DNA of 64,000 bases, from positions 160,001 to 224,000 of the forward strand of contig JAEOSU010000051.1 of NCBI GenBank assembly GCA_016840165.1, given 5' to 3'. Under the pieces are notes generated by a model that did no database searches, was not told where the DNA came from, and was given only the letters and a program-made list of their open reading frames with translations. The position numbers were made by a program, and so were the translations under genes. The first letter of the stretch is position 1. Each line of letters starts with the position of its first letter. Shown piece after piece: positions 50,452 to 61,253 of the stretch. Source of the DNA: Promethearchaeota archaeon. GTDB lineage: Archaea > Asgardarchaeota > Lokiarchaeia > Sigyniarchaeales > SOKP01.

Positions 50452-51828
50452 TTACTTATATTTTGATTTTAATAGCACTCGAAGTAATTGAAAAGAATAG
50501 CTAAAAATCGTTTTGATCAATGGAAAGTCCATGATGTATCTAATTAATCTTAGAATTCTATACTTTTTTGGTTTAAACGTTGATAAATCCTTATCATAAG
50601 TAATCCGATTAATATAGAAATTCTTATTGAGAAAGGATAAAAAAAGGGAATAGGTTATAATTGCGATGATGTCCCAAGCACGATTGGCATTATCTTGAGG
50701 AAAATTCAATTTTTCTCCCATTGCTAAGCGGACAATTTCAATTATATGAAATATTTTGATCTTACTTCTTAAAAGCTCTTTAGTTGCCCATAATAAATAT
50801 AAACAACCACTACAGTATGTGACTAACGTTTCGGCTCCAGTTTCTTCTGCTTCTTTGAATTTTTTCATTCCATCACTAATTATATCAAAAATTATGGAGA
50901 TATTTTTAGTCCAAGATGCCCCCGAACCGAATCCACAACATAAAGAATCTTTCCTATTATGTTTCATTTCAGCAATTTGACAGCCACATAACTTTAATAT
51001 CTCACGGGGAGTCTCCCAGTAAGCACCTTTAGAAGCTTTTGAGTAACAATTGTCATGAACGGTGACTGATAAGCCCAATTCATGCTTAATATCAATTTCA
51101 TTAGATTCTATTTTGTTTAATAACCATTGATTAAAGTTAATAAAATTTTGACTGTGAATTACTCCCATTTCATTCGGATGGACTTGATTAAAGATATATT
51201 CAATAGCATCTAAGGATGCTGCTACATTTTTAACTCCCCATGAATCAAAATCCTCTTTAGTTCTCTCTGATATTTTTTGAACGACATCTAAATAACCCCC
51301 TTGATATAAATACGCACCTCCCTCCCACTGGTCAATTCTATCAATTGGTTTGAAAGTATCAAGTAATTTACTACCTCCAATTATAAATGGAAATAAATGA
51401 GTATAATTTCCGATTAAGAGGGGCGTCTCATCAGGTTTAGGAATGTTGTGCATCCATTTAAATATCCATCGCCGCTCTTGATTTGAAAGGAATACGTTGA
51501 GCATTTGCCAAATATTTGAATCCATCGTTGGGACAACAAAACGATATATAGAAGGAGCCCCTCTTTTTTTATATAAATCATTCCATCGTTCAAGGATCAA
51601 TTGATATGGATTTGCTTCTTGAGGACAATAGAGATTACAAGAAAAACATGTAGTACATCTATATAGAGCATATTTAGATTCTTTTCCATCAATTAAATTC
51701 TTCATTTCTATTTTTGCTTCTTCTAACGGGAGTTTTAATACGGGGCATTTATGTAGACAAATTCCACACAAATTACATAAATCTTCTCTAAAACCAGAAA
51801 TTCTTTTCGCCTTACTCATTTCTACCAA
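50452..51828 (-). CDS. HdrD/GlpC-like Fe-S protein (first CCG domain degenerate)
   Basis: CNLCGICLHKCP, CTTCFSCNLYCP, HDNCY, LCCGFG, YCSGC. Confidence 0.82.
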   Translation of the reverse strand: MVEMSKAKRISGFREDLCNLCGICLHKCPVLKLPLEEAKIEMKNLIDGKESKYALYRCTTCFSCNLYCPQEANPYQLILERWNDLYKKRGAPSIYRFVVPTMDSNIWQMLNVFLSNQERRWIFKWMHNIPKPDETPLLIGNYTHLFPFIIGGSKLLDTFKPIDRIDQWEGGAYLYQGGYLDVVQKISERTKEDFDSWGVKNVAASLDAIEYIFNQVHPNEMGVIHSQNFINFNQWLLNKIESNEIDIKHELGLSVTVHDNCYSKASKGAYWETPREILKLCGCQIAEMKHNRKDSLCCGFGSGASWTKNISIIFDIISDGMKKFKEAEETGAETLVTYCSGCLYLLWATKELLRSKIKIFHIIEIVRLAMGEKLNFPQDNANRAWDIIAIITYSLFLSFLNKNFYINRITYDKDLSTFKPKKYRILRLIRYIMDFPLIKTIFSYSFQLLRVLLKSKYK

Positions 51829-53117
51829 GCCTCTTTATAGTCTGGAGGATTTTCAGGTATTTTTTCCAGTTTAAATGTCTTTTTAGAATAAAGTTTAGGA
51901 AGTTGATGTTTTACTGCTCCCCAGAAAAAATCATTTTCTCTTTTTTTTTTTGCTTCTTCAGTTAAAGAAGGTTTTTCTCCCATTGCCATCTGGATTAATT
52001 CAATGATGTGATAGTCCTTAAGTTTCTTAAAATATAATTTCTTATTTCCTCCAAAAGTGGCTAAGCATCCTGCACAATAAACACATACAGCATCTACTTT
52101 TGTTTTTTTAAAGGCTCTAAAATTCCGAATTGTCGAAGATCGAATATTAAATGAATGATAGGACGAATCAACGGAAAAACCCGCCCCTATACCACAACAA
52201 CGCATATTTTCCCGATAAGAATCGGTTTCTATAATCTTTGCGCCTGCTAATTTTAAGATTTTTCGCGGTAAATCCATATACTCATCTCCAAACATTTTTG
52301 CATAACAGGAATCTTGAATAGTGATTGTCATATCCAGCTTTTTTTTAAATTGAATTTCACCATTTTGTATTTTTTCCCATAAAAATTGAATGTAAGGTTT
52401 AATCTCTTCAAATTTATAAGTTAATCCATAGTGGGGCAATACATATTTAAACACGTTAGTACCCGCGGTACATAAAACGAGCAACTTTTTTGGTTTTAAA
52501 ATATTAAACCATTTATCTAATCTTTTAGAAATTTCATAAAGCTCTTTTCTATAACCAGTTCGAAATAAAGTCTCACCACAACAATATTCTAATCGTCCTC
52601 GTATATCTAACTCCTTAAAGAAACTAGCTTGTGTTAGTTCAGCAAAAGTTATAATATTACATCCAGGATAAGTCAAAGTATCTCCTTTTAGAGTTTCTAA
52701 GGAAGCCCAGCTTTTAACAAGATCTTTAGTTTTTTCTGGCAATCGCTCCATTACATAGGAACGAAAGTTAGGATAATATGGATAGAGAGTCATATAGTGC
52801 TTCGCTCTTATTTTAAGCCCTTCTTTTTGATATTGTTCGTTCCATCTTTGTAAAACTAAACCTGCGGGATGAGCATTTTCTGGACAGTAAAAATTACACG
52901 AAAAACAGCTCTGGCATTCACTTAAAACTCTTTTAGTTGGCTCTCCTGCAATAAGGGCTTCCATTTCCTTAATTGCTAAGTCCTTAGGAAGCAACATCAC
53001 TGGACATTGATGAAAACATTTACCACAGCGAGTACACGCCTTCTCATCAAAATTAGCAAAAAAATCATCACTAACTGGTTGAATCTTTGAAATCTTTATC
53101 CCCTTCCTATTTTTCAA
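51822..53117 (-). CDS. HdrD/GlpC-like Fe-S protein with two CCG domains
   Basis: CTRCGKCFHQCP, CQSCFSCNFYCP, YPGC, YCCGE, QDSCY, RCCGIG, YCAGC. Confidence 0.85.
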   Translation of the reverse strand: MKNRKGIKISKIQPVSDDFFANFDEKACTRCGKCFHQCPVMLLPKDLAIKEMEALIAGEPTKRVLSECQSCFSCNFYCPENAHPAGLVLQRWNEQYQKEGLKIRAKHYMTLYPYYPNFRSYVMERLPEKTKDLVKSWASLETLKGDTLTYPGCNIITFAELTQASFFKELDIRGRLEYCCGETLFRTGYRKELYEISKRLDKWFNILKPKKLLVLCTAGTNVFKYVLPHYGLTYKFEEIKPYIQFLWEKIQNGEIQFKKKLDMTITIQDSCYAKMFGDEYMDLPRKILKLAGAKIIETDSYRENMRCCGIGAGFSVDSSYHSFNIRSSTIRNFRAFKKTKVDAVCVYCAGCLATFGGNKKLYFKKLKDYHIIELIQMAMGEKPSLTEEAKKKRENDFFWGAVKHQLPKLYSKKTFKLEKIPENPPDYKEAW

Positions 53118-53933
53118 TTATTGAGCAATTATTAAAATTATGATATATGCAAATATTAAATTACCTAAGATAATCCCTGTATCTTTTAATGATGTTCTTC
53201 CTAATAAATCATCCCTAGGTTTTCTAAAAATATATAATATCCCAATTGGAAATATAATAATCGGTAAAAATAATAAATGTTGTGTTATTATTATTGAGGC
53301 AACACCTATTACCAGTGAGACGATACATGCAATCCAAATTACAATTTGGGACTTTTTTGGTGTCAATTTGGAAAGTGAATCTCCATCAATTAATTCATGA
53401 AGCATTTGACCCGTAAAGGCTACTGATGCCACAGCAGCAAGAACTAACCATTCAAAAATAGATAAAAAGGGAAAAATGTTCAAAATAGTCTCTCCAGCGT
53501 TAATTTTTATCATGAACCAAGGAAAAAAGATATGGGATATTCCTAAAATTATATGATTGATAATGACTAATGATTTAAATTTACAATAAAATACCACTAA
53601 AGCGACAATTATAATGAGATAAAAGGCTAATAAAGGCTTTTCGACAAAAGTATTCCAAAAACACATTGTGCCTAGAACAAAACTTGCAATTGAGAGCACT
53701 AAAATTTCTTTTCTTTGATAACCTTTAACCCTTTCAAGTGTTTCTAATTCTGTAGGATCGTTCATATCAATAGCGTCATTAAGTGTATTCCCCGTTATTG
53801 CATAAAAACTAAATCCTGCTAAAATCCAAAAATGGGCAATCGGATTATAATCATTAATATAAATACACAAAAGACAAGGGACTAAAACTGAAAAGATGTA
53901 CTCTATTCGGAGTAACTTAAAACCTTTGCTCAT
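53118..53933 (-). CDS. UbiA-family prenyltransferase-like membrane protein
   Basis: Multi-TM; GNTLNDAIDMND (first Asp-rich motif) and HELIDGD (second). Confidence 0.7.
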   Translation of the reverse strand: MSKGFKLLRIEYIFSVLVPCLLCIYINDYNPIAHFWILAGFSFYAITGNTLNDAIDMNDPTELETLERVKGYQRKEILVLSIASFVLGTMCFWNTFVEKPLLAFYLIIIVALVVFYCKFKSLVIINHIILGISHIFFPWFMIKINAGETILNIFPFLSIFEWLVLAAVASVAFTGQMLHELIDGDSLSKLTPKKSQIVIWIACIVSLVIGVASIIITQHLLFLPIIIFPIGILYIFRKPRDDLLGRTSLKDTGIILGNLIFAYIIILIIAQ

Positions 53934-54088
53934 CGTAACTAACTGTTTTAATTCGGTATATTAAATTAACTTTATAGAATTTTTAAGAAAATTTAAGATT
54001 TAAGAAATTAATTAAGAGAAAGATAATCTCAAAAGGTTAAAATAATAATATCGATCAACAAAATAATTACTATAAGAGAGTAATTACG

Positions 54089-55162
54089 ATGAATACTACG
54101 CATCGAATTTATTTTAAGAACTCCAATGAAATGTCTGAGTTATCACCAGATTCAGTTGATCTGATAATAACTTCCCCTCCATACCCAATGATTGAAATGT
54201 GGGATTCACTTTTTAGTGAATCTAATTATGAAATTAAAGACGCTCTTCAAGAGGAGGATGGAAGAAAAGCTTTTCTTCTTATGCATTATGAATTGAATAA
54301 AGTCTGGAAAGAATGTGTAAGAGTTTTAAAAGAAGGGGGGCTTATGTGCATTAACATTGGAGATGCGACCAGAAAAATCAATAACAACTTTCAATTATTC
54401 CCGAATCATGTATTAATAACAAATTTTTTCCAAGAACATGGATTCATTTCTCTTCCCTATATCCTTTGGAGAAAGCCAACCAATGCTCCAAATAAATTTA
54501 TGGGATCAGGCATGCTTCCCCCTAATGCCTATGTGACGCATGAACATGAGTATATCTTGCTCTTTCGAAAGGGAGAGCAAAAAGCGAAAATACCTCCCAA
54601 ATTAGAACAAAGATATAATAGTGCATATTTTTGGGAGGAAAGAAATAATTGGTTCTCTGATATTTGGTCCGACTTGAGAGGAACGGCACAATCCTTAATA
54701 AATGGGATACCTAATTCTAGTGGTGCGGAAGATGAGATCCGAGAACGTTCTGCTGCATTTCCAATAGATCTTCCCTATCGGTTAATTAATATGTATTCGA
54801 TATATGGTGAGACTGTCTTAGATCCCTTCTGGGGAACGGGGACTACTACCCTAGCGGCTATGCTTTGTGCCAGAAATTCAATAGGTTATGATTTAAATCC
54901 AGAATTGGGGAGGATATTTGAACTTAGACTTAAAGAGGTAAAGATTTTAAGTAAAAAGATCAATACGGAACGTTTGGAAGCGCATATTAGCTTCATTAAT
55001 CAAAAAACAAAACTAGGGAAAGAAATAAAGCATGAAAATATAAATTATGGCTTTAAAGTCAATACACTCCAAGAAAAAGAACTACTACTTTATGCTATTA
55101 ATAATGTTACGATAAAGAACAACTTTTACTCAGTTGATCATGAGCCTTTTTACCTAGAATAG
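54089..55162 (+). CDS. Site-specific DNA methyltransferase (N4-C/N6-A, beta class), orphan
   Basis: DLIITSPPY precedes VLDPFWGTGTT; also AAFP..LPYRLI. Confidence 0.9.
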   Translation: MNTTHRIYFKNSNEMSELSPDSVDLIITSPPYPMIEMWDSLFSESNYEIKDALQEEDGRKAFLLMHYELNKVWKECVRVLKEGGLMCINIGDATRKINNNFQLFPNHVLITNFFQEHGFISLPYILWRKPTNAPNKFMGSGMLPPNAYVTHEHEYILLFRKGEQKAKIPPKLEQRYNSAYFWEERNNWFSDIWSDLRGTAQSLINGIPNSSGAEDEIRERSAAFPIDLPYRLINMYSIYGETVLDPFWGTGTTTLAAMLCARNSIGYDLNPELGRIFELRLKEVKILSKKINTERLEAHISFINQKTKLGKEIKHENINYGFKVNTLQEKELLLYAINNVTIKNNFYSVDHEPFYLE

Positions 55163-55205
55163 ATTTAATTCCAAAAAAGCGTACTTAAAATTAATTTAGA
55201 TAATC

Positions 55206-56006
55206 TTAGAAATACATCCTAACTGCAAGAATAATTAACACTATTGCCACAAAAAATTGGAGATAAACACGAGGCATACGTTTTGAAATTTTAGCTCCAA
55301 ATATAGAACCAAGAACTGATCCAATTGCAACAAGAATACCAACTAAATAATCAATCTCTCCTAAGATTGCTTTTATTATTGTATTATAAATCGCTGTAAA
55401 GAATATTATTGATGTTGAAATTGCTGTCGAATAATGAATTGGATAGTTTAAAACAATATGTAGTGATGGAGTATTTATTATTCCTCCCCCAATGCCTAAA
55501 AGATTTGCGGTAAACCCTGCAAGCAAAAAAAGTGGTATAGACTTCTTGAAATTGGATTTATAATCATGTTTTTCTAAGAAAAAATTTTGTTCTGAAAATG
55601 GCTGCTTTTTATGTTGATTATTGGTCTTAATTGCTTTATATATCATATTTCCCCCCGCAATAAGTAAGGTCGATGCAAATATTATCTTTAATAGAGTATT
55701 GTCTATTGGGATAAATAGAAATAGAATCGTGGTTAAGATACTACCCAATATTGAGAAAGCAGAGAATAGCAATGATAATTTTAATGTTGTTCTTTTTTGT
55801 TTTAAATAAGTAATGAAACCCGCTAATGAAGATGTTAAAATAATGAAAGTAGAAGTATCGATAGCAATATTTATTGGAATAATAAATACAACCGTCATGA
55901 TACTTACAAATAATACTCCACCCCCAATTCCTGCAATCACCGCTATCGTCCCTGCTAAAAATCCTAAAGAGATCAAAATAAAAATAACAATAAACGTTAT
56001 CTCCAT
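55206..56006 (-). CDS. Sulfite exporter TauE/SafE family protein
   Basis: Duplicated GIGGG motifs (AGIGGGVL and LGIGGGII), AIxTS, about 8 TM. The likely start is ATG 56006. Confidence 0.88.
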   Translation of the reverse strand: MEITFIVIFILISLGFLAGTIAVIAGIGGGVLFVSIMTVVFIIPINIAIDTSTFIILTSSLAGFITYLKQKRTTLKLSLLFSAFSILGSILTTILFLFIPIDNTLLKIIFASTLLIAGGNMIYKAIKTNNQHKKQPFSEQNFFLEKHDYKSNFKKSIPLFLLAGFTANLLGIGGGIINTPSLHIVLNYPIHYSTAISTSIIFFTAIYNTIIKAILGEIDYLVGILVAIGSVLGSIFGAKISKRMPRVYLQFFVAIVLIILAVRMYF

Positions 56007-56124
56007 AGAAAAAAAAACCACTAATTAATCATAAATTTTGTGAAAAAAACTCAATTAAATTAAAAAACATGAAAGGTTATTAAATTACTAACTAATCATT
56101 TTCAAATTTCCTTACTCTCTGATA

Positions 56125-56514
56125 ATGCCTGATTCAAACGACAATAAATTTGTTCTTGAATTGGTACCTTGTTCTCGCTGTGGGAATCCATTTATGAAAC
56201 CAAAGGGTAAAAAAGCTACTGAAGAATTGGTATGTGATAATTGTATTAAACTTGAAAAGAGAAAAAAGCAACTGACAGATTCAGTTATAGATGTTCAAAA
56301 AGATATTGAATCATCTATCAAAGATTTTAAAAATCAGTTAAGAATGGCAAAATCACAGAAGACAAAAGAAATATTTTTTGATAAAATAAAGGAACGCTCT
56401 AAACTATTATCGAGATCTGTAGAATTACTCAAGAAAATAGATGAGACAAATGATGAAAAATATATTGAAGAATATAAGAAGTTATTCGAGCGCTTGAAGC
56501 AAGAATATTCATAA
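56125..56514 (+). CDS. Hypothetical zinc-ribbon plus coiled-coil protein
   Basis: CSRCG...CDNC followed by charged helices. Confidence 0.65.
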   Translation: MPDSNDNKFVLELVPCSRCGNPFMKPKGKKATEELVCDNCIKLEKRKKQLTDSVIDVQKDIESSIKDFKNQLRMAKSQKTKEIFFDKIKERSKLLSRSVELLKKIDETNDEKYIEEYKKLFERLKQEYS

Positions 56515-56524
56515 CTAAAGCCTA

Positions 56525-57334
56525 TTACTTTTTAATGAATATGAAACCCAAGTTCATTCCATTGTGAAGCTTGTGATGTTTAGCATCAATTTTCATTAAT
56601 TTAGAAAGTACTTTTACCACAATTTTCCATAATAACATGAAAAAGAGGTTGGATTGATATCTATGGCGCAAATTTATTAATTTTTGTTCGGTTTTCTTTG
56701 GATTAAGCGTTTGTAAGAACACAAACTTCATTAACTTTCCATATACATTGAAATATCTGATACATATAAGATGATATTTCTTAAATAGCTCAATTAATTG
56801 ATCAATTTCATATCTTCGATGGTGCCCAATGAGTTGATCTTGAATAGTATAATAGTCCATTCTATGAGGTACAGTGATTATACATATCCCATCTTTTTTT
56901 AAAACCCTACTGATTTCCGCTATAGCTATCTCATCACTCTTTATATGTTCTAATGTATCTAAAGAGCACACAATATCAAATTTTTCATTAAGGTAAGGCA
57001 GATTTCCAATATCCCCGCATAGCGGATTAATGGAGTTAACACCAACTTTATTTTTTGTATATATTTCTGAATTAGATGTGTACTGAGTTAATGGTATTTC
57101 AGATATGTCTAAAAACGACTTATTTTTTACGTTCTCTAAACTATATAAAAAAGAATTACCCGAACATCCCAAATCAAGACCATTATTATATTTTTGGAAT
57201 CTATTTAAATTATTTAAGATAATATCAAACTTACATTTAATTCCAGGCGATATTTCGTATTCTAATAATGATCGAGAAGAAAAATTAGTATGGGCATCAT
57301 AAAACAACTTTGAATTCAAAGCAAATAACTCCAT
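56525..57334 (-). CDS. Class I SAM-dependent methyltransferase
   Basis: LDLGC, FDIVCSLDTLEHI, RVLKKDG, TVP, GHHRRY. The likely start is ATG 57334. Confidence 0.85.
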   Translation of the reverse strand: MELFALNSKLFYDAHTNFSSRSLLEYEISPGIKCKFDIILNNLNRFQKYNNGLDLGCSGNSFLYSLENVKNKSFLDISEIPLTQYTSNSEIYTKNKVGVNSINPLCGDIGNLPYLNEKFDIVCSLDTLEHIKSDEIAIAEISRVLKKDGICIITVPHRMDYYTIQDQLIGHHRRYEIDQLIELFKKYHLICIRYFNVYGKLMKFVFLQTLNPKKTEQKLINLRHRYQSNLFFMLLWKIVVKVLSKLMKIDAKHHKLHNGMNLGFIFIKK

Positions 57335-57547
57335 TTTCACTTTTTCTTCAAATATTATGAAAAAAATTTTATTTTTTTCTATACTCTCAATCAATTAAAA
57401 AAAGTAATTTTGAAATAAATAATTACTTAGCAATTATAGATTTTAATAAAACGCAAATTCAGTATCATTTTTAAACAATCTATTTTTTTAATTAAATTAA
57501 GGCATAGTTAGATCATGTGCCATTCAAACAATAAAAATTGTTTAATA

Positions 57548-57964
57548 ATGCCAATTAACCAAATTTCTGTATTTCTCCCAAATAAGCCGGGGCAATTAGC
57601 TAATTTCTTCGAAATGTTAATGGATAAAAAAATATACATTAGATCGCTTACTGTCGCAGAAACAGAAGAGTATGGCTTATTATTATTATTAGTTGATCAA
57701 TTCAAAGATTGTATTTCGTTATTGGATGAACGCGATCATCTCTATTCAATTACAGAAGTAGTTGCAGTTCGATTATCTGATAATATCGCTGGTCTCTATG
57801 AGGTTGCAAAAACTCTTGGTAAACATGAGATTAATATCGATTATCTCTATACCAGTCTTATTGATGATAACCCATTAGTTATCTTAAAATTGAGCGATAA
57901 TGAAAATGGGACAGAAGTACTTAAGGAAGAAGGATTTGTGGTAATTGAAAATCTAGATAGATAG
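57548..57964 (+). CDS. Tandem ACT-domain protein
   Basis: QISVFLPNKPGQLA, AETEEYG, INIDYLY. The likely start is ATG 57548. Confidence 0.88.
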   Translation: MPINQISVFLPNKPGQLANFFEMLMDKKIYIRSLTVAETEEYGLLLLLVDQFKDCISLLDERDHLYSITEVVAVRLSDNIAGLYEVAKTLGKHEINIDYLYTSLIDDNPLVILKLSDNENGTEVLKEEGFVVIENLDR

Positions 57965-59344
57965 ATTTTTATCTGCCTTTTTGATAAGTTTTGCTCTCTC
58001 AATTAATATTTTGACCGCATACGCAGCCTCATCAGGAGTATAAAATATAGGTGCTTTTTCTTTTTTTGCTAATTGATTTATATTTTTAAAACTTTCTCCA
58101 AAAAATATTAATGGAATTAAAGGCTTTTTCCTTCCAGTATCATTCCACGCCTTAACTATACCTCGATAATGTTCATCAGAAACCATTTCTAAAAATGGGG
58201 GAATAACTACACAAGCAACTACGATATCTAATGAATCTTCTTCGAGCATTAATTTTGTTATATTATAATATTGATCTTCACCAGCAACCCCTATCATATC
58301 TAGAGGATTTACTAATTTTACCAATGGGATTAAAAACTTCTTCATCTTATCCTTGAGTTCATTTGTAAAGGACGCTAAACTTAAATTATATTCTTCTATT
58401 TTGTCACTAAAAAGAACTGAACTCCCCCCACTATTTGTTAAAACTCCGATATGCGACCCGTGGGGAATAGGTAGAATGGAAAAAGCTTTAAGGGCGGTTA
58501 TGAAATCAGTAGAATTTTCACATAAAAGTGCTCCTGTCTGGTTTATAGCCACTTTAAGTATTTTATAATTAGATGCTATTGAACCTGTATGGCTACTAGC
58601 AGCTTTCATACCTATAGAAGTTCTACCTCCCTTTAAAAGGATTAGAGGTTTATGTTGGACTATTTCTCTCAATTTATTGAAAAAGTTTCTACCATGTTTT
58701 ATGGTCTCCATGTATATCCCAATAATTTTCGAATTCATATCACGACTAAAAAATTCTAAAACATCCACGAATGATACATCAATATTATTTCCAATATTGG
58801 CAAATTTTGATATACCTAAACCCTCTTGTTCTAATGCATAAAAAGTTGCGCAACCAAATGAACCAGATTGGCTAATTATGCTAATATTTCCCAGTGGTGC
58901 AGTTTGAATAAAAGAAGCATTTAGACTTAAATCAATATTTTGAATTCCCACACAATTTGGCCCCATCACACGGATTCCTGCCTCTTTACACTTTCTTGTG
59001 ATGATTTCCTCCTCCTTTCGTCCTTCGTCATTAATTTCACTGAATCCTGCCGTTATAATTATTATTCCCTTTACACGCTTCTTAATACAATCATCGATCA
59101 CGGATTGGACTATCCTCGCAGGGACCAAAATAATTGCGATATCTATTGCTTGAGGAACGTCCAATATCGAAGAATAACATTTTATTCCTAAAATTTCTTT
59201 TCTATTCTGAGAGATTAAGAAAAGGTCGATATTAGGATGTTTATTTTTAAGAATATTTAAAGTGACCGCATTACCAAATTTTTTTGGGTTTGCAGTTGCA
59301 CCAATTACAGCAATCGATTTGGGATAAAAAAAATAATCAATCAT
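57953..59344 (-). CDS. ADP-forming acyl-CoA synthetase alpha subunit
   Basis: IAVIGAT, TAGFSE, MGPNCVG, SQSGS, AASSHTGSIA, TNSGG, NPLDM. The likely start is ATG 59344. Confidence 0.88.
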   Translation of the reverse strand: MIDYFFYPKSIAVIGATANPKKFGNAVTLNILKNKHPNIDLFLISQNRKEILGIKCYSSILDVPQAIDIAIILVPARIVQSVIDDCIKKRVKGIIIITAGFSEINDEGRKEEEIITRKCKEAGIRVMGPNCVGIQNIDLSLNASFIQTAPLGNISIISQSGSFGCATFYALEQEGLGISKFANIGNNIDVSFVDVLEFFSRDMNSKIIGIYMETIKHGRNFFNKLREIVQHKPLILLKGGRTSIGMKAASSHTGSIASNYKILKVAINQTGALLCENSTDFITALKAFSILPIPHGSHIGVLTNSGGSSVLFSDKIEEYNLSLASFTNELKDKMKKFLIPLVKLVNPLDMIGVAGEDQYYNITKLMLEEDSLDIVVACVVIPPFLEMVSDEHYRGIVKAWNDTGRKKPLIPLIFFGESFKNINQLAKKEKAPIFYTPDEAAYAVKILIERAKLIKKADKNLSI

Positions 59345-59348
59345 AATT

Positions 59349-61253
59349 TTATTCTGACTCCTTATAAATTGCAGAACTAGGACATACTTCGATACATGTT
59401 TCACAACCACGACAAGTCGATTGATCTATAAAAGCTTTTTTATTCTTATCATCAAACATAATAGCCGGACACCCAAATTGGTTAACACAGATAAGACAGC
59501 CAATACACTCTTCTGGATCAACCTTTACAATTGGAGGTGTTATTTGTCTTTTACGGAGTTCATTAACCTCGAGTAATGAACATATATGACGTGAGATAAA
59601 AACTCTGACTCCTTTCGCATTCACAGCCTCCTCTAACTTTTTAATCATTAATGGAATATCATTAGAATCTTCAACCCATATATTTTCAGATTTGACCCCA
59701 CATCCTTTGACTAAATCTTCAAGAATAACCCTAGTACCCGGCTCTTTTGTAATTTTTATTCCCGTACCTGGGTTGTCCTGAAATCCAGTCATCGATGTGG
59801 AGCGATTGTCTAATATGATCACCAACATATCATTTTGATTATAAACAGCATTAATTAATCCTGGAATTCCTGAATGAAAAAAAGTAGAATCTCCTAAAAT
59901 TGCCAGAACAGGATTTTCTTTTGGTTGAACTTTCGAAATTCCATTTGCTAACCCGATTGATCCCCCCATACAAATTTCTGTATCTAAGCCTTCTAATGGT
60001 TTATAAACCGCCAGTGTGTAGCATCCGATATCTGAGGAGTTAACAAATTTCGTTTTCATTTTCTTTTCGACTTTCTTCAATGCATAAAATGTAGCACGAT
60101 GACTACATCCAGGGCATAATATAGGTAATCGAGGAGGAATGATAATCATATCTTCAGGAACAGTTTGTTTTTCAAAATCCAAGTCTATAAATCGAGCAAG
60201 AATATCTAAATACAATTCTGCTGGAAATTCTCCATTTTGAGGGAAATAATCTTTTCCATGGATTACAACCTCTTTGGATAGTCCCTCTTCATATGCTATT
60301 TGCTTTAAGATATTCTCTAAAAAGGGTTCTAATTCCTCCAACACTAAAATTTCATCTACATTTTTGAAAAATTCCTTTATAAGTTTTTTTGGTGGGGGAT
60401 AGACTAGCCCTAACTTCAATATTGATACTTTATCTATGAGATTAAAGTAATTTAACGTGTCAATCAAATGTGCATGAGGAACTCCTGCGGCTACGAACCC
60501 ATATCTAACTCCTTTGATCCTTTCTTTGGATATTGTGAGTTTATTAAACGGAAACTGATCCGCAAATTCAGTAATATCTTCAAGACGTTCCAAAAGCCGA
60601 ACTCTTAAAACTCGTGAATGAGAAGGAAGGCAAACCCATCTTGATCGATCCCAATCAAAACTATATTCTCGATTTATCTTAGTGATTTCTCCTAAGACAA
60701 CATCACCTCTACCATGATTAAGGCGGGTGGTTGTTCGAAATAATACAAGGGTTTGAAACTGTTCTGAAAATTCGAATGCATATTTAATCATATCCTTCGC
60801 TTCTTGAGGGGTTGATGGTTCAAATACGGGAACAAGAGCGTGTAATCCAAAATACCTATTATCTTGTTCATTTTGGGAAGAAAAACAGTTTGGATCATCA
60901 GCAGAAATTAAAACCATTCCACCTCTTGCTCCTGCATAGCAAGCCGTCATAAATGCATCGGACGCTACATTAACCCCAACATGCTTCATGCACGCAACTG
61001 ATCGAACATTTGACATTGAACCTCCATATGCAACTTCAAATCCTACTTTTTCATTTATACTCCATTCAAGTTTGAGATGTGGGTGAAAATTGGCCATCTC
61101 GGCTAATGTAGCCATAATTTCAGATGATGGAGTACCGGGATAACCTGCTGCAATTATCACTCCTGCTTCCAAAATACCTCTAGCTAGAGCTTCATTTCCC
61201 ATTAAAATTATTCTTTCTCCAGGAGAGTCATCAACGAATTTTGGATTACTCAT
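59349..61253 (-). CDS. iorA: Indolepyruvate:ferredoxin oxidoreductase alpha subunit
   Basis: LMGNEALARG, GYPGTPSSEI, MKHVGVNVASD, SSQNEQDNR, LCPGCSHR, DIGCY, GDSTFFHSG, C-terminal 2x[4Fe-4S]. The likely start is ATG 61253. Confidence 0.95.
   Translation of the reverse strand: MSNPKFVDDSPGERIILMGNEALARGILEAGVIIAAGYPGTPSSEIMATLAEMANFHPHLKLEWSINEKVGFEVAYGGSMSNVRSVACMKHVGVNVASDAFMTACYAGARGGMVLISADDPNCFSSQNEQDNRYFGLHALVPVFEPSTPQEAKDMIKYAFEFSEQFQTLVLFRTTTRLNHGRGDVVLGEITKINREYSFDWDRSRWVCLPSHSRVLRVRLLERLEDITEFADQFPFNKLTISKERIKGVRYGFVAAGVPHAHLIDTLNYFNLIDKVSILKLGLVYPPPKKLIKEFFKNVDEILVLEELEPFLENILKQIAYEEGLSKEVVIHGKDYFPQNGEFPAELYLDILARFIDLDFEKQTVPEDMIIIPPRLPILCPGCSHRATFYALKKVEKKMKTKFVNSSDIGCYTLAVYKPLEGLDTEICMGGSIGLANGISKVQPKENPVLAILGDSTFFHSGIPGLINAVYNQNDMLVIILDNRSTSMTGFQDNPGTGIKITKEPGTRVILEDLVKGCGVKSENIWVEDSNDIPLMIKKLEEAVNAKGVRVFISRHICSLLEVNELRKRQITPPIVKVDPEECIGCLICVNQFGCPAIMFDDKNKKAFIDQSTCRGCETCIEVCPSSAIYKESE

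Noticed and set aside
50452-53117. Selenocysteine read-through in the Hdr-like proteins
   Set aside because: The ORFs are uninterrupted with no in-frame TGA, and the lost cysteines are replaced by ordinary codons.
46940-55162. Defence island (AAA+/VWA plus DNA methyltransferase)
   Set aside because: The genes are interspersed with metabolic genes, with no nuclease, toxin or mobility marker.
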